From NCBI GenBank assembly GCA_934101495.1, contig CAKORG010000004.1, forward strand, positions 1 through 62,364: DNA of 62,364 nt. The letters run 5' to 3'. Shown here in pieces: positions 23,541 to 33,843 of the stretch; position 1 is the stretch's first letter; each line of letters opens with the position of its first letter. Below the pieces are notes generated by a model. The model was given only the letters and a program-made list of their open reading frames with translations, made no database searches and was not told the origin of the DNA. The position numbers were made by a program, and so were the translations under genes. Source of the DNA: an uncultured Bacilli bacterium. Its GTDB lineage: Bacteria > Bacillota_I > Bacilli_A > RF39 > UBA660.

Positions 23541-23890
23541 TGAACTATTTAATGGCATTTTTATTTGCTGGTGCGTTGTGCGGAGTTGCTCAAGTAATAC
23601 TTGATAATACTAAACTTACACCAGGACATATCACTAGTTTATATACAGCGGTGGGTGCATTTTTATCATTTCTTGGGTGTTATGATAAATTAATTGCTAA
23701 ATTTGGAGCAGGTGCAACAGTTCTTATTTCTAATTTTGGACATTCTCTTTATAGTTCAGCTTGGCAAGGGTATTTAGAAGCTGGTTTTTTAGGTATCTTT
23801 AGTAATATGCTTTGTAAATCATCAGGTGTTATAACTGGTGCGATTGTTATTGCATTTGTAGTTTCTATAATTTTTAAACCTAAGAATTAA
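23540..23890 (+). CDS. spoVAE: Stage V sporulation protein AE (AEb-type)
   Basis: It is 116 aa. KLTPGHITS...AKFGAGATVLISNFGHSL...IFKPKN matches SpoVAEb. Confidence 0.85.
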   Translation: MNYLMAFLFAGALCGVAQVILDNTKLTPGHITSLYTAVGAFLSFLGCYDKLIAKFGAGATVLISNFGHSLYSSAWQGYLEAGFLGIFSNMLCKSSGVITGAIVIAFVVSIIFKPKN

Positions 23891-23916
23891 CTATTTGTTT
23901 GCAAGTAATTGATATA

Positions 23917-23947
23917 AAACATGTATAAAAAGTACGTGTTTTTTTTA
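23917..23947 (+). terminator. Intrinsic terminator after the spoVA genes
   Basis: AAACATGTA (23917-23925) pairs with TACGTGTTT (23933-23941), including one G-U pair. The pairing runs into T8. Confidence 0.6.
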
Positions 23948-24024
23948 AATGTTTAGTGATTTTCTAGTCTTTCACTATATTTCGACAAAATTTGATAAAT
24001 TTAAACAATTGTTTGTTTTTAATG

Positions 24025-24053
24025 TTGACATTTAATTAAGGATAGGTTACAAT
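24025..24053 (+). promoter_or_regulatory. Sigma-A-type promoter of recA
   Basis: TTGACA (24025-24030), a 17-nt spacer, then TACAAT (24048-24053). Confidence 0.65.
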
Positions 24054-24083
24054 TATGTTGTATCAGGGTATTAGGAGGAAAAA

Positions 24084-25127
24084 ATGAAAATAGCAAAAGA
24101 TGAAAAGAATAAAGATAAGGCACTTGAACAAGTACTAGCAGATATTGAAAAACAATTTGGGGCAGGAGCTATAATGAAGCTTGGAGATAATGAACATATG
24201 AATGTTGAGGTAACATCTAGTGGTTCAATTACAATTGATGTGGCTTTAGGTGTTGGCGGTTATCCTAAGGGAAGAATTATTGAAATATATGGTCCTGAAT
24301 CAAGTGGTAAGACTACTGTTGCATTACAAGCAATTGCTGAAGTACAAAAAAATGGTGGAAGAGCAGCATTTATTGATGCTGAACATGCACTTGATCCAGT
24401 TTATGCCAGAAATTTAGGTGTTAACATAAATGAACTTTTATTAAGTCAACCAGATACCGGGGAACAAGCTTTAGAAATATGTGATGCTTTAGTTAAAAGT
24501 GATGCTGTTGATATTATAGTTATTGACTCTGTGGCTGCTTTGGTTCCTCAAGCTGAAATAGATGGAGAAATGGGTGACTCACATGTTGGTCTTCAAGCAA
24601 GACTTATGTCACAAGCATTAAGAAAATTATCAGGTACTATGAATAAAACTAAAACAACTGCAATATTTATCAACCAATTAAGAGAAAAAGTTGGAGTTAT
24701 GTTTGGTAATCCTGAAACTACACCCGGAGGAAGAGCACTTAAATTTTATTCTACTATAAGACTTGATGTTAGACGTGGTGAACAAATTAAAATGGGTGAC
24801 CAAATTGTTGGTAATAAAACAAATATTAAAGTTGTTAAAAATAAGGTTGCACCACCATTTAAAACTGCTACTGTGGATATTATGTATGGTGAAGGTATTT
24901 CTAGAGAAGGGGAAATTATTGATATTGCTAGTGATTTAGCTATTTTAGATAAAAGCGGAGCATGGTATTCTTATAATGGTGAAAAAATTGGTCAAGGAAA
25001 AGAAAATGTTAAGATATTCTTAAAAGAAAATCCAACACTTAGAGATGAACTTGAACAAAAAATAAGAGAACATTATGGATTTATCGAAAAGAAAAAAGAA
25101 AAAAAGGAAAAAGATTCAGAAAAATAA
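24084..25127 (+). CDS. recA: Recombinase RecA
   Basis: [34 protein letters not shown] (Walker A), [24 protein letters not shown] and [28 protein letters not shown] are all present. Confidence 0.97.
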   Translation: MKIAKDEKNKDKALEQVLADIEKQFGAGAIMKLGDNEHMNVEVTSSGSITIDVALGVGGYPKGRIIEIYGPESSGKTTVALQAIAEVQKNGGRAAFIDAEHALDPVYARNLGVNINELLLSQPDTGEQALEICDALVKSDAVDIIVIDSVAALVPQAEIDGEMGDSHVGLQARLMSQALRKLSGTMNKTKTTAIFINQLREKVGVMFGNPETTPGGRALKFYSTIRLDVRRGEQIKMGDQIVGNKTNIKVVKNKVAPPFKTATVDIMYGEGISREGEIIDIASDLAILDKSGAWYSYNGEKIGQGKENVKIFLKENPTLRDELEQKIREHYGFIEKKKEKKEKDSEK

Positions 25128-25199
25128 ACTGAATTTTTTTCATAATAATTACATTGTATAAACAAAATATAAATGCTGGTAAAGAAAGGATCAGTAAAA

Positions 25200-25496
25200 A
25201 TGAACTATTATGATGAAATAAATAATTATGTTAAAAAAGCTGAAATAGGAAAATCAATAAGGGAGTCATGTGCTAATAGAGAGCTTGTAGAATGCTATTG
25301 GAATGTAGGGAGATTAATAGTTGAGGCCCAAGGTGGAACAGAAAAAGCAAAGTATGGTAACTCTTTATTGAAAAAATGGGCAGAAAAATTAACCAAAGAT
25401 TATGGTAAGGGTTATACGTATGCAAATTTAGCCCGATTTCGGCAATTTTATTTGTGTTTTCCAATATTCGCCCCAGTGCGGCGACTTTTTAATTAG
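25200..25496 (+). pseudogene. Truncated N-terminal fragment of a DUF1016 / YhcG-type (PDDEXK nuclease family) gene
   Basis: ELVECYWNVGRLIVEAQGG...YGNSLLKKWAEKLTKDYGKGYTYANLARFRQFYLCFP matches the N-terminal domain of the family, whose full-length members are about 340-370 aa. Here the frame ends after 98 aa and no nuclease domain follows. Confidence 0.55.
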
Positions 25497-25708
25497 AATA
25501 TGATTTTAAAAAAATACCTTACTTTCTCAAATCGAGCTCCACTGGAGCTCAATTTAACTTTGACATTTCTATCAGTTTGTATAATAATATTTATAAGTGA
25601 CTTAGAAAAACTCATATATACACAACTTAATTATGTTTTTTTTTACAATTAGATAATGGTAATAATATATGATTAAAAAAATTAATCATGAATAAAAAAA
25701 CGCGAAAA

Positions 25709-26263
25709 CTAAATTTCTCGCATTTTATTTGCATTTTTATAAGGATCTTTAGAATCTATTTTATCTGTGAATAATATACCATTTAAGTGATCTATTTCAT
25801 GTTGAAAGGCAACTGCTAGGTCTTCACGAGCACGCATTGTTTTTTTATTTCCTTCATAGTCATAATACTCAACTGTTATTCTTGCGTGTCTTGGAACAAT
25901 TCCTTCAACTTCACGATTAACACTTAAGCATCCTTCACCTTCGCCAACATAAATAAGTTCTTCACTTTGACTAATAATTTTAGGATTAATTATTACGTAT
26001 TCTTCAAATGTTCCTTTTTCTTCGAGTTCATTTGCTATTACAAATATTCTTTTTAAATGTCCCATTTGTACAAAAGCCATACCCATACCAGCACGAAGAT
26101 TATATTTTTCAGCTATTTTTTCATCTTGACTCATTTCTAAATATTTTATTGTATCTTCGGCAAGCTTTCTATCTTCCTTACTTACTGGAAAAGTAACATC
26201 TTTACTTATTTCATGTAATATTTTATGTTTTTCATCTAATATTTTTATATTTGGTAATTTCAT
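25709..26263 (-). CDS. def: Peptide deformylase
   Basis: GMGMAFVQ (the GxGxAAxQ-type motif), EGCLS and HEIDHLNG are present. Confidence 0.92.
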   Translation of the reverse strand: MKLPNIKILDEKHKILHEISKDVTFPVSKEDRKLAEDTIKYLEMSQDEKIAEKYNLRAGMGMAFVQMGHLKRIFVIANELEEKGTFEEYVIINPKIISQSEELIYVGEGEGCLSVNREVEGIVPRHARITVEYYDYEGNKKTMRAREDLAVAFQHEIDHLNGILFTDKIDSKDPYKNANKMREI

Positions 26264-26315
26264 ACTTCTTCACCTGCATCATAGTATAACAAATTTTTGA
26301 GAAAAATGCAAAATC

Positions 26316-28115
26316 TTATTCGACAGTAACTGATTTTGCTAAATTTCTAGGCTTATCTATATCACAGCCATTATTTTTTGCTATTTCATACGCAAGTAAT
26401 TGAAGTGGTATAATTGTTAAAATTGATTCCATAATAGGGTGAATCTTTTTTATAATTATTAGCTCATCATAGAATTTTTCTTGTGGCTTAGTATTTGTAA
26501 CAAGTATTACATAAGCCCCACGAGCTTTAACTTCTTTAATATTGCTTATTGTTTTTTCGTTTAAGCTTTCATCCGTTGATATAGCTATTACTGGAGTGTT
26601 TTTTTCAATTAGAGAAATTGTACCATGTTTTAGCTCTCCGGCTTGATATGCAACACTATTTATATATGATATTTCCTTTAGTTTAAGTGATGCTTCCATA
26701 CAAAGGGCATAATCAATACCACGACCTATAAAGAATATTGCTTTTTTATTAAATATTTTCTTAGCTATTTGTAAATAAGTTTTATCTTTTATTGTTTCTT
26801 TGATATATTCTGGCATTTTATTAATTTCATTTGTTATTTCTTCATATTCATTCTTACTTATAACTTTATTTGTAACACCAAGATAAAGAGATATTAAACT
26901 AAATATGGCAAGTTGTGCTAAATATGCTTTTGTTGTTGCAACTGCTATTTCAAATCCTGCTTTTATATAAATTGTATAGTCTGCTTCACGAGCTATTGAT
27001 GAACCTAGTACATTAACTATTGCCATGGTAGTAATGCCATCTTCTTTGGCTTTTCTTAAAGCTGCGAGAGTATCAGCAGTTTCTCCGGATTGTGAAACTA
27101 ATATAACTAAAGTGTCTTTATCATAAAAACATTTTTTGTATCTGTATTCACTTGCAACTTCAACATTTACGGGTATGTTTGCATAGTTTTCAATTAAATA
27201 TTTGCCAACTACACCAGTGTGATAAGCTGAACCACAAGCAACAATGTCTATTTTTTTAAAGCCCTTTATAAAACCAAAACTTTTTTCTAATGAATTAATT
27301 GTGCCATCAAAATAGTAGTTAATCGTATCTTTAAATACTTTGTCTTGTTCATTTATTTCTTTTAGCATAAAATGTTCATAACCAGCTTTAGTGGCAGCAT
27401 CCATTGTGCCTTCAAAAACTTTAATTTCTTTTTTTACTTCGTTTAAATCTTTGTCATATATTGTTATTTTATCTTTTTCAAGTTTTACAATATCATATTC
27501 ATTAAGTAACATGTACTTATTTGTAAATGCAAGTATAGCTGGTACATCAGATGCTACATAATTTCCATCGTCAGATAGGGCAGCGATCATTGGACTTGCA
27601 CATCTGGTTGCATAAATTTCATCTAGCCCATCAACTAAAACGACGAAAGCATAAGAACCTCTAATTATTTTACTAGCTTCATGAAGAGTTTTAATCATAT
27701 CATTATTTTCTTCATATAAACTATTAAGTAGGGCAGCTGCTATTTCTGTATCTGTTTCACTTTTATATTTATAGCCTTTGTTTTCTATAGCTTTTTTGAT
27801 GTCTATATAATTTTCAATAATTCCATTATGTACTAAAGTTATTTTGCCTACTTTGTGAGGGTGGGCATTTTCTTTTGTAACACCACCATGAGTTGCCCAT
27901 CTAGTATGACCAATTCCAATCGTAGCGTTTGCATTCATATCTACGATTTCTTTTAAGTTTTTTATTTTTCCAACTTCTTTAGAGATTTTTACATTTCCAT
28001 TTTCTATGTAAGCAATCCCTGCAGAGTCGTAACCTCTGTATTCTAAGGCTTCTAAAGCCCCGATAAGTTTTGGAACACATTTTTTTGTTCCATTATAACC
28101 AATAATTCCACACAT
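26316..28115 (-). CDS. glmS: Glutamine--fructose-6-phosphate aminotransferase
   Basis: The N-terminus is MCGIIGY and the C-terminus is KSVTVE. Two SIS domains are present (SQSGETADT). The length is 599 aa. Confidence 0.97.
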   Translation of the reverse strand: MCGIIGYNGTKKCVPKLIGALEALEYRGYDSAGIAYIENGNVKISKEVGKIKNLKEIVDMNANATIGIGHTRWATHGGVTKENAHPHKVGKITLVHNGIIENYIDIKKAIENKGYKYKSETDTEIAAALLNSLYEENNDMIKTLHEASKIIRGSYAFVVLVDGLDEIYATRCASPMIAALSDDGNYVASDVPAILAFTNKYMLLNEYDIVKLEKDKITIYDKDLNEVKKEIKVFEGTMDAATKAGYEHFMLKEINEQDKVFKDTINYYFDGTINSLEKSFGFIKGFKKIDIVACGSAYHTGVVGKYLIENYANIPVNVEVASEYRYKKCFYDKDTLVILVSQSGETADTLAALRKAKEDGITTMAIVNVLGSSIAREADYTIYIKAGFEIAVATTKAYLAQLAIFSLISLYLGVTNKVISKNEYEEITNEINKMPEYIKETIKDKTYLQIAKKIFNKKAIFFIGRGIDYALCMEASLKLKEISYINSVAYQAGELKHGTISLIEKNTPVIAISTDESLNEKTISNIKEVKARGAYVILVTNTKPQEKFYDELIIIKKIHPIMESILTIIPLQLLAYEIAKNNGCDIDKPRNLAKSVTVE

Positions 28116-28159
28116 ATTAAAAAATTTTCCTTCCTTAATGTATGTGATATATTTTTTAT

Positions 28160-28272
28160 TACAATGTTGATTTTGTTTTTTTTGTAATATATCTTTCGAT
28201 TATACAAACCGTGATGCATCCGCCGAATTTTCGATAAACATCATCCTCGTTAACCTCGTGGGTCTGGCGCTA
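28160..28272 (-). ncRNA. glmS: glmS ribozyme/riboswitch in the glmS leader
   Basis: The minus strand reads AGCGCCAGACCCACGAGGTTAACGAGGATGATGTTTATCGAAAATTCGGCGGATGCATCACGG. This matches the conserved core (A/GCGCC cleavage site, GACGAGGAUG, AUCGAA..UUCGGCGGAUGC..C.CGG). The 3' boundary is approximate. Confidence 0.85.
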
Positions 28273-28311
28273 ACAAATAATTTTACCTCCATCAATTATT
28301 GTGTTTTCCTA

Positions 28312-28340
28312 ATTATAATATATGCAAATAGAAAAGTCAA
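28312..28340 (-). promoter_or_regulatory. Sigma-A-type promoter of the glmS leader
   Basis: On the minus strand: TTGACT (28335-28340), a 17-nt spacer, TATAAT (28312-28317). It lies about 40 nt upstream of the ribozyme 5' end. Confidence 0.65.
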
Positions 28341-28394
28341 AATGTTATTTACAAATTAGCCACTTTTAGTGTATAATAAATATGGTGATTAAGA

Positions 28395-28955
28395 ATGGTA
28401 AAAGTCGAAGGTACTTTAGAAAAGAAAAATGCAAATCATGCAAATAAAGTAAATAAAAATTATGGTAAAGAAGAATTAACAAGAACTTTGATAATGGGAC
28501 TTGTTGGTTTAGTTTTAGTTCTTATGCCAGATAAATTAAATGAAATTTTGGGCATTATAGTTGGTATAGTTCTTTTACTTTTAGGTCTTGGTAGTATTTA
28601 TACATATATTCAAAGTAAAATTAACTTTACGTCAAGTTTAATAAGTGGAATTTTGTATACACTTCTTGGAATTATTATTTTAATTTCCCCAGGTTCTGTT
28701 ATAAGAAGTATTGCTATTGGTATAGGGATTGTTCTTAGTATAACTGGTTTATCAAAAGTACGTCTTTCATTTACATTAAAAGAAATAAATACAAATTGGA
28801 TAGGTACTTTAGTAATTGGTGTTATAACTACGATACTTGGAATAGTGCTGATATTTAGTCCATTTTCTGGAGATGCTATAACTAAATTTGCGGGTGCATT
28901 TCTAGTAATAGTTGCTATATTTGATTTAATTGATAATTATATTTTGCAAAAATAA
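28395..28955 (+). CDS. DUF308/HdeD-like small integral membrane protein
   Basis: Six predicted TM helices occur in repeated pairs rich in G/I/L (GIVLLLLGLGSIY, GILYTLLGIIILISP, GVITTILGIVLIFSP). Confidence 0.5.
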   Translation: MVKVEGTLEKKNANHANKVNKNYGKEELTRTLIMGLVGLVLVLMPDKLNEILGIIVGIVLLLLGLGSIYTYIQSKINFTSSLISGILYTLLGIIILISPGSVIRSIAIGIGIVLSITGLSKVRLSFTLKEINTNWIGTLVIGVITTILGIVLIFSPFSGDAITKFAGAFLVIVAIFDLIDNYILQK

Positions 28956-29025
28956 CTGAAAAGTTATTTTTTTAAACTTTAAAAAATTAGTAATATGTGA
29001 TAAACTTAATATAGTGGTGAAGCAT

Positions 29026-30744
29026 ATGGATAGAATAACCTTTATATTATTAGCGGTTTTAGTTTGGATAGTAACTATTATTTTGGTAATAGCGGTTTTA
29101 ACATTAATAAATAATAAAGAAAAGAAAAAATTGAAATTAGAAATAGAAAAGTTAGAAAAAGAAAAAAATATGGTTATATCTGCTAGTATGTTATCAGAAC
29201 TTAATAAAGTTGAAGCTCTAGTAAATAATGATGAAATGAAAGAAAAACTAGATGATTGGAAAAAAAGATTTAATGACATTAAAGATAAGGAAATGCCTAA
29301 GATAACTGAAACTATAAATGAAATTGAAGAACTATTTGAAGAAAAGAATTTTAAAGAATTAAAGGGATTAGTTTTAAAAGCTGATTTTGATTTAAATACA
29401 TTAAAAACTAAAGCATCTTTTTTACTTGATGAAATAAAAGATGTTACTTTAAGTGAAGAGAGAAATAGAGAAACAATTACTAAGTTAAAAGCTGAATATC
29501 GTGAAGTTTTAAGTACTTATAAAGAATTTGAAGATGAATATGAAATAGTTAAAGTGCCTTTAGAACTTCAATTTGAAAATGTTGATAAGCTTTTTGCTGC
29601 TTTTGAAAGTTCAATGGAAGCTAATGCTTATACAGAAGTTGGTAAAATTGTTAAAGCTATTGCAGATGTTATAAGTAACTTAAAAGTAATTATTGATGAA
29701 GCAAGACCTATAGTTACTTTAGGTAAAAACTTAATTCCTAAAAAGGAAGAAGACATCAAAAATATTGCTGATAAAATGACTAGAGATGGGTTTAATCTTG
29801 AATATTTAAATATTGATTATAATATAGATGAAGCTAATAAAAAAATACAAGATATATTTCAAAGACTTAATGTGTTAAATGTTGAGGATTCACTTTTTGA
29901 ACTTAAAACAATGCATGATTATTTTGACTCATTATATAGTGATTTTGATAAAGAAAGATATAGTAAGAAAATATATGAAGATTATAGTAGAAGTATCCTT
30001 CTTAAGGCTACTAAACTTGAAAAGGTAAATAATGAGCTTTTCAAAAAGATTGGTGATATAAAATATAGTTATGATTTATCTGATGATGAAGTTGCCGTTA
30101 TTGCAGAAATAAAACAAGAAATTATGGAAATAAGAGCAAGCTATGATAAGGTAGTTGATACTGCAAGAAGTAAGATTTTAGCATATTCTAAGCTTGCCAG
30201 AGAAATGGAAATTATAAATTCTAAACTAATTAAAACTGAAGAAAAACTAAATGGAGCTTTAAAGACTTTAGGTAGCTTAAAAGAAGATGAACTTAGGGCT
30301 CGTGAACAACTTGATGAAATAAAGAAAATTTTATCACAAACTAAAGAAAGAATACGTTCTTATAAACTTCCATGTGTTCCTAAAAATTATTATGTGGAAG
30401 CATCTGAAGCTATGGAAGCTATTAATGTCTTAGTTCGTGAACTTGATAAAAGACCTATATCTATTAAAATACTTAATCTTCGTGTTGATACAGCAAGAGA
30501 TTTAGTACTTAAAGTTTATAATACTGTTAATGAAACTGTAAAAACTGCTAAGATGGCTGAAACTGCTATTGTGTATGGAAATAGATATCGAGTAGTAAAT
30601 AAAGAAGTAGACTTTGGACTTGCAAAAGCAGAAAATGCCTTTGTTAAAGGTAATTTTAAAAATAGTTTGGAAAATGCCATTAATGCTATAAATATTGTGG
30701 AACCAGGTATTCATAAAAAATTACTTGAAGAATCTCAAAGTTAA
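29026..30744 (+). CDS. ezrA: Septation ring formation regulator EzrA
   Basis: A single N-terminal TM helix is followed by about 540 aa of coiled-coil. The C-terminal conserved patch is ETAIVYGNRYR (QNR-type patch). I prefer the ATG at 29026 over the GTG at 29014. As I recall it, the ezrA / cysteine desulfurase / thiI order is the one seen in staphylococci. Confidence 0.8.
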   Translation: MDRITFILLAVLVWIVTIILVIAVLTLINNKEKKKLKLEIEKLEKEKNMVISASMLSELNKVEALVNNDEMKEKLDDWKKRFNDIKDKEMPKITETINEIEELFEEKNFKELKGLVLKADFDLNTLKTKASFLLDEIKDVTLSEERNRETITKLKAEYREVLSTYKEFEDEYEIVKVPLELQFENVDKLFAAFESSMEANAYTEVGKIVKAIADVISNLKVIIDEARPIVTLGKNLIPKKEEDIKNIADKMTRDGFNLEYLNIDYNIDEANKKIQDIFQRLNVLNVEDSLFELKTMHDYFDSLYSDFDKERYSKKIYEDYSRSILLKATKLEKVNNELFKKIGDIKYSYDLSDDEVAVIAEIKQEIMEIRASYDKVVDTARSKILAYSKLAREMEIINSKLIKTEEKLNGALKTLGSLKEDELRAREQLDEIKKILSQTKERIRSYKLPCVPKNYYVEASEAMEAINVLVRELDKRPISIKILNLRVDTARDLVLKVYNTVNETVKTAKMAETAIVYGNRYRVVNKEVDFGLAKAENAFVKGNFKNSLENAINAINIVEPGIHKKLLEESQS

Positions 30745-30755
30745 GGAGGAAAATA

Positions 30756-31883
30756 ATGATATATTTAGATTATAGTGCTACAACACCTGTTGATTTAGAA
30801 GTGTTTGATACGCTTTCAAAGGTTACGAAGAATTTTGTTGGTAATGCTAATTCTATTCATAGTTTAGGACAAAAATCTAGTGAATTACTTGAAAGTGCTA
30901 CGAAGCAAATTGCGGATATCTTCGGGGTTAATCCTAGTGAAATAGTTTATACAAGTGGAGCAACTGAAGCAAACAATATGGCTTTAATTGGTACAGCACT
31001 TGCTAATCATAAAAAAGGAAAACATATTATTGTTTCAAAACTTGAGCATCCATCAATATATGCTATTTGTGATTATTTAAAGACTATGGGATTTGAAATA
31101 AGTTATGTTAATAATGATAAAGAAGGTTTAATTGATTTTGATGATTTAAAAGAAAAGGTTAGAGAAGATACAATTTTAGTTAGTATTTGTGCTGTTAATT
31201 CTGAAATTGGGGTAAGACAACCATTAAAAATGATTAGACAAATAATAAAGAAAGAAAATATGGGAACTATTTTTCATTCTGATATGACTCAAGCTATTGG
31301 CAAAGTTAGTGTTAATATGCATGATGTTGACCTTGCTAGTATGTCTGGACATAAAATATTTGGACCTAAAGGTATTGGTTTTTTATATAAAAGTAGTATG
31401 GTTAAAATAACACCACTTATATATGGTAGTGGTAAAAGTAATGATTTAAAACCTGGAACACCACCACTTCCTTTAATCGCAGCTTTATCTAAAGCTATTA
31501 GACTTGCAAGTGATGGCATAGAGAAAAGAGAAAGATTTGTAAGTTTACTTAATGATAAAATAACTTCTAGTTTAAGTAAATATCCAAATATTATTATAAA
31601 TAAAACTAAATATAGTATTCCTCAGATATTAAATATTAGTGTTATGGATGTTATGCCTGAGGTTATGGTACATGCTTTAGATAAACATGAAATATATGTA
31701 AGTACTAATACAGCTTGTTCAAGTGGGGATATATCAAATAGTGTTATAGCTATTTATAATGATATAAATAGAGCAAAACATACTTTAAGAATTAGTTTAT
31801 CTTATGTAACAACAACTGAAGAAGTAAATAGATTTTTGGAAATATTTAAAGAAGAATACGAAAACTTAAGTAATTTAAAATAG
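30756..31883 (+). CDS. Class-V aminotransferase-fold cysteine desulfurase (NifS/NifZ-like)
   Basis: IYLDYSATTP, FTSGATEANN-like (YTSGATEANN) and SMSGHKIFGPKGIGFLY (PLP lysine) are present, together with the active-site loop STNTACSSG. The gene is adjacent to thiI. Confidence 0.85.
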   Translation: MIYLDYSATTPVDLEVFDTLSKVTKNFVGNANSIHSLGQKSSELLESATKQIADIFGVNPSEIVYTSGATEANNMALIGTALANHKKGKHIIVSKLEHPSIYAICDYLKTMGFEISYVNNDKEGLIDFDDLKEKVREDTILVSICAVNSEIGVRQPLKMIRQIIKKENMGTIFHSDMTQAIGKVSVNMHDVDLASMSGHKIFGPKGIGFLYKSSMVKITPLIYGSGKSNDLKPGTPPLPLIAALSKAIRLASDGIEKRERFVSLLNDKITSSLSKYPNIIINKTKYSIPQILNISVMDVMPEVMVHALDKHEIYVSTNTACSSGDISNSVIAIYNDINRAKHTLRISLSYVTTTEEVNRFLEIFKEEYENLSNLK

Positions 31884-31950
31884 GCTATTAAAAAAAGAAT
31901 AGTCTTTTTATTTGTTTTGTGTTAAAATACGTAAGGAAAGAGGTGTATTT

Positions 31951-33135
31951 ATGAAAAAAATAATTATTATAAAATACGGTGAATTAAGCACTAAAAAGGA
32001 TAATAAGAACTTTTTTATAAGTAAACTTAAAAATAATATTGAGGTTACTTTAGAGAATATTAATCATAATACTTATTATGATTTTGGTAGAATGTTTATT
32101 GAAACTGATGATTTTGATGAAGTTATAAAACATTTAAAAAATGTATTTGGTATTCAAGAACTTTTAGTGGGATATACATCAAATAATTTAGAAATAGATG
32201 ATATTAATAATAAAATTTTAGATCTAGTAAGTAGTAAGGATTTTAAAACATTTAAGGTTGTAACTAAAAGAAGTAATAAGAGTTATCCAATAAATTCAAT
32301 GGAAATAAGTAAAGTAGTAGGTGGGTATTTACTTAAAAATATTAGTGATATAAAAGTTGATGTTCATAATCCTGAACTTATAGTAAATATTGAAATAAGA
32401 AATGAAGAAGTACTTTTTTATTTTGAAGGTATTAAAGGCTTAGGTGGTTATCCAGTTGGAACTTTGGGTAAAGGATTACTTATGTTAAGTGGGGGAATAG
32501 ATTCACCAGTTGCGGGGTACCTTACTATCAAACGGGGTGTTAAACTTGAAGCAATTTATTTTGAAAGTCCACCTCATACTAGTGATAAAGCGAAAGATAA
32601 GGTTTTGAAACTTGCTAGAGTTTTAGCTAAATATAATACGGAAGTAAAGGTTCATGTAATTAACTTTACGGAAACACAAGAAACTATACTTAAGAATATA
32701 CCTCATGAATATTTAATTACTATCATGAGGAGAATGATGTATAGAATAAGTGCTATTATTGCAAATGAAAATAAATGTAATATTTTAGTAAATGGTGAGT
32801 CAATTGGTCAAGTTGCAAGTCAAACTTTAACTAGCATGAGAGCTATAAATGAAGTTGTTAAGATGCCAGTTATAAGACCTGTTGCATGTTTTGATAAATT
32901 AGAAATAATTGATATTTCAAAGAAAATTGGTACATATGATATTTCAACACTTCCATTTGAAGACTGTTGTACAGTGTTTGTACCTAAACATCCAGTTATT
33001 AATCCAAATCCAGCATTATGTCAGGAATATGAAGCGTTAATTCCATATAAAGAATTAATTTATAAGGCAATAAAAGAACATACTACGATAAAAGTTGGGG
33101 TAAAAGAAGAAAATAAATTTAGTGACTTGTTATAA
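31951..33135 (+). CDS. thiI: tRNA 4-thiouridine synthase ThiI
   Basis: An ATG at 31951 follows AAGAGGTG. IKYGELSTKKDN (THUMP N-terminus), the PP-loop LSGGIDSPVAGY, and GESIGQVASQT are present. Confidence 0.9.
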   Translation: MKKIIIIKYGELSTKKDNKNFFISKLKNNIEVTLENINHNTYYDFGRMFIETDDFDEVIKHLKNVFGIQELLVGYTSNNLEIDDINNKILDLVSSKDFKTFKVVTKRSNKSYPINSMEISKVVGGYLLKNISDIKVDVHNPELIVNIEIRNEEVLFYFEGIKGLGGYPVGTLGKGLLMLSGGIDSPVAGYLTIKRGVKLEAIYFESPPHTSDKAKDKVLKLARVLAKYNTEVKVHVINFTETQETILKNIPHEYLITIMRRMMYRISAIIANENKCNILVNGESIGQVASQTLTSMRAINEVVKMPVIRPVACFDKLEIIDISKKIGTYDISTLPFEDCCTVFVPKHPVINPNPALCQEYEALIPYKELIYKAIKEHTTIKVGVKEENKFSDLL

Positions 33136-33173
33136 TTTTTTAAAAAATAAACATAATATTACTAGGTGATATT

Positions 33174-33374
33174 ATGTTTAAGATGAGTGATTACTATTAT
33201 AAAGGTTATGATATTGAAAGCAAAAGTAGGTTAGAAAGAATTAGGATGGAATATTCTAATCCTTATGGATATAATTTGGAAAGTAATCAAAGAAGAGTAG
33301 TGGATATAGATTCGAATGTAACTCATACTAATCAGAATATGGTTAAAAATGGAGAATATAAGAAAGAAAAATAA
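33174..33374 (+). CDS. Hypothetical small hydrophilic protein (66 aa)
   Basis: An ATG follows TAGGTGAT. The protein has no TM segment and is rich in Y/N/E/K. Support for coding is weak. Confidence 0.35.
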   Translation: MFKMSDYYYKGYDIESKSRLERIRMEYSNPYGYNLESNQRRVVDIDSNVTHTNQNMVKNGEYKKEK

Positions 33375-33519
33375 GCATAAGTATTTGATATAGATTGAAG
33401 GACAATTTTAAACGTTCTAAAAGTGTGATGATTGGAAATGAAAAATCAATATTATATTCAACGATATATGAAAAGAAAAATATTAGATAAAATATCTAAT
33501 TAATTTTACATTAGAGAAC

Positions 33520-33560
33520 AAAATATTACAAAAGTTATAATTTTGTAATATTTTTTTGTT
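33520..33560 (+). terminator. Intrinsic terminator (14-bp A/T-rich stem)
   Basis: AAAATATTACAAAA (33520-33533) pairs with TTTTGTAATATTTT (33541-33554). TTTGTTTT follows. Confidence 0.6.
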
Positions 33561-33793
33561 TTAACATTATTTCTTTGAAAAAATGGAAAAATATATAAAA
33601 TTTATAGACAAATAAAGAGAAACGTTATTATGCTGGTTGTGGCTAATATGCAAAAAAAGTAGTCAAGTATTTAATTGATTAAAAAAATAGAAATAATTAT
33701 TGGAGCAAAACGAGTTGATAAAATATATATTATCAGAGTTTTTGTAAAAAATAAATGTAATAATATGAAGAATCTTTTGGTCCAAAATAAAAT

Positions 33794-33822
33794 TTGAAAA
33801 AAATAGAAATGTATGCTATACT
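33794..33822 (+). promoter_or_regulatory. Sigma-A-type promoter for the FtsK-like gene
   Basis: TTGAAA (33794-33799), a 17-nt spacer, then TGcTATACT with its -10 at 33817-33822. Confidence 0.5.
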
Positions 33823-33843
33823 CTCTTTAAAAGAGGTATGAAA

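Noticed and set aside
25694-25721. Hairpin plus T7 on the minus strand after def, as a terminator
   Set aside because: The stem is only about 6 mostly A-T base pairs with a bulge (CGAGAAA/TTTTCG). It is plausible but too weak to list as a feature.
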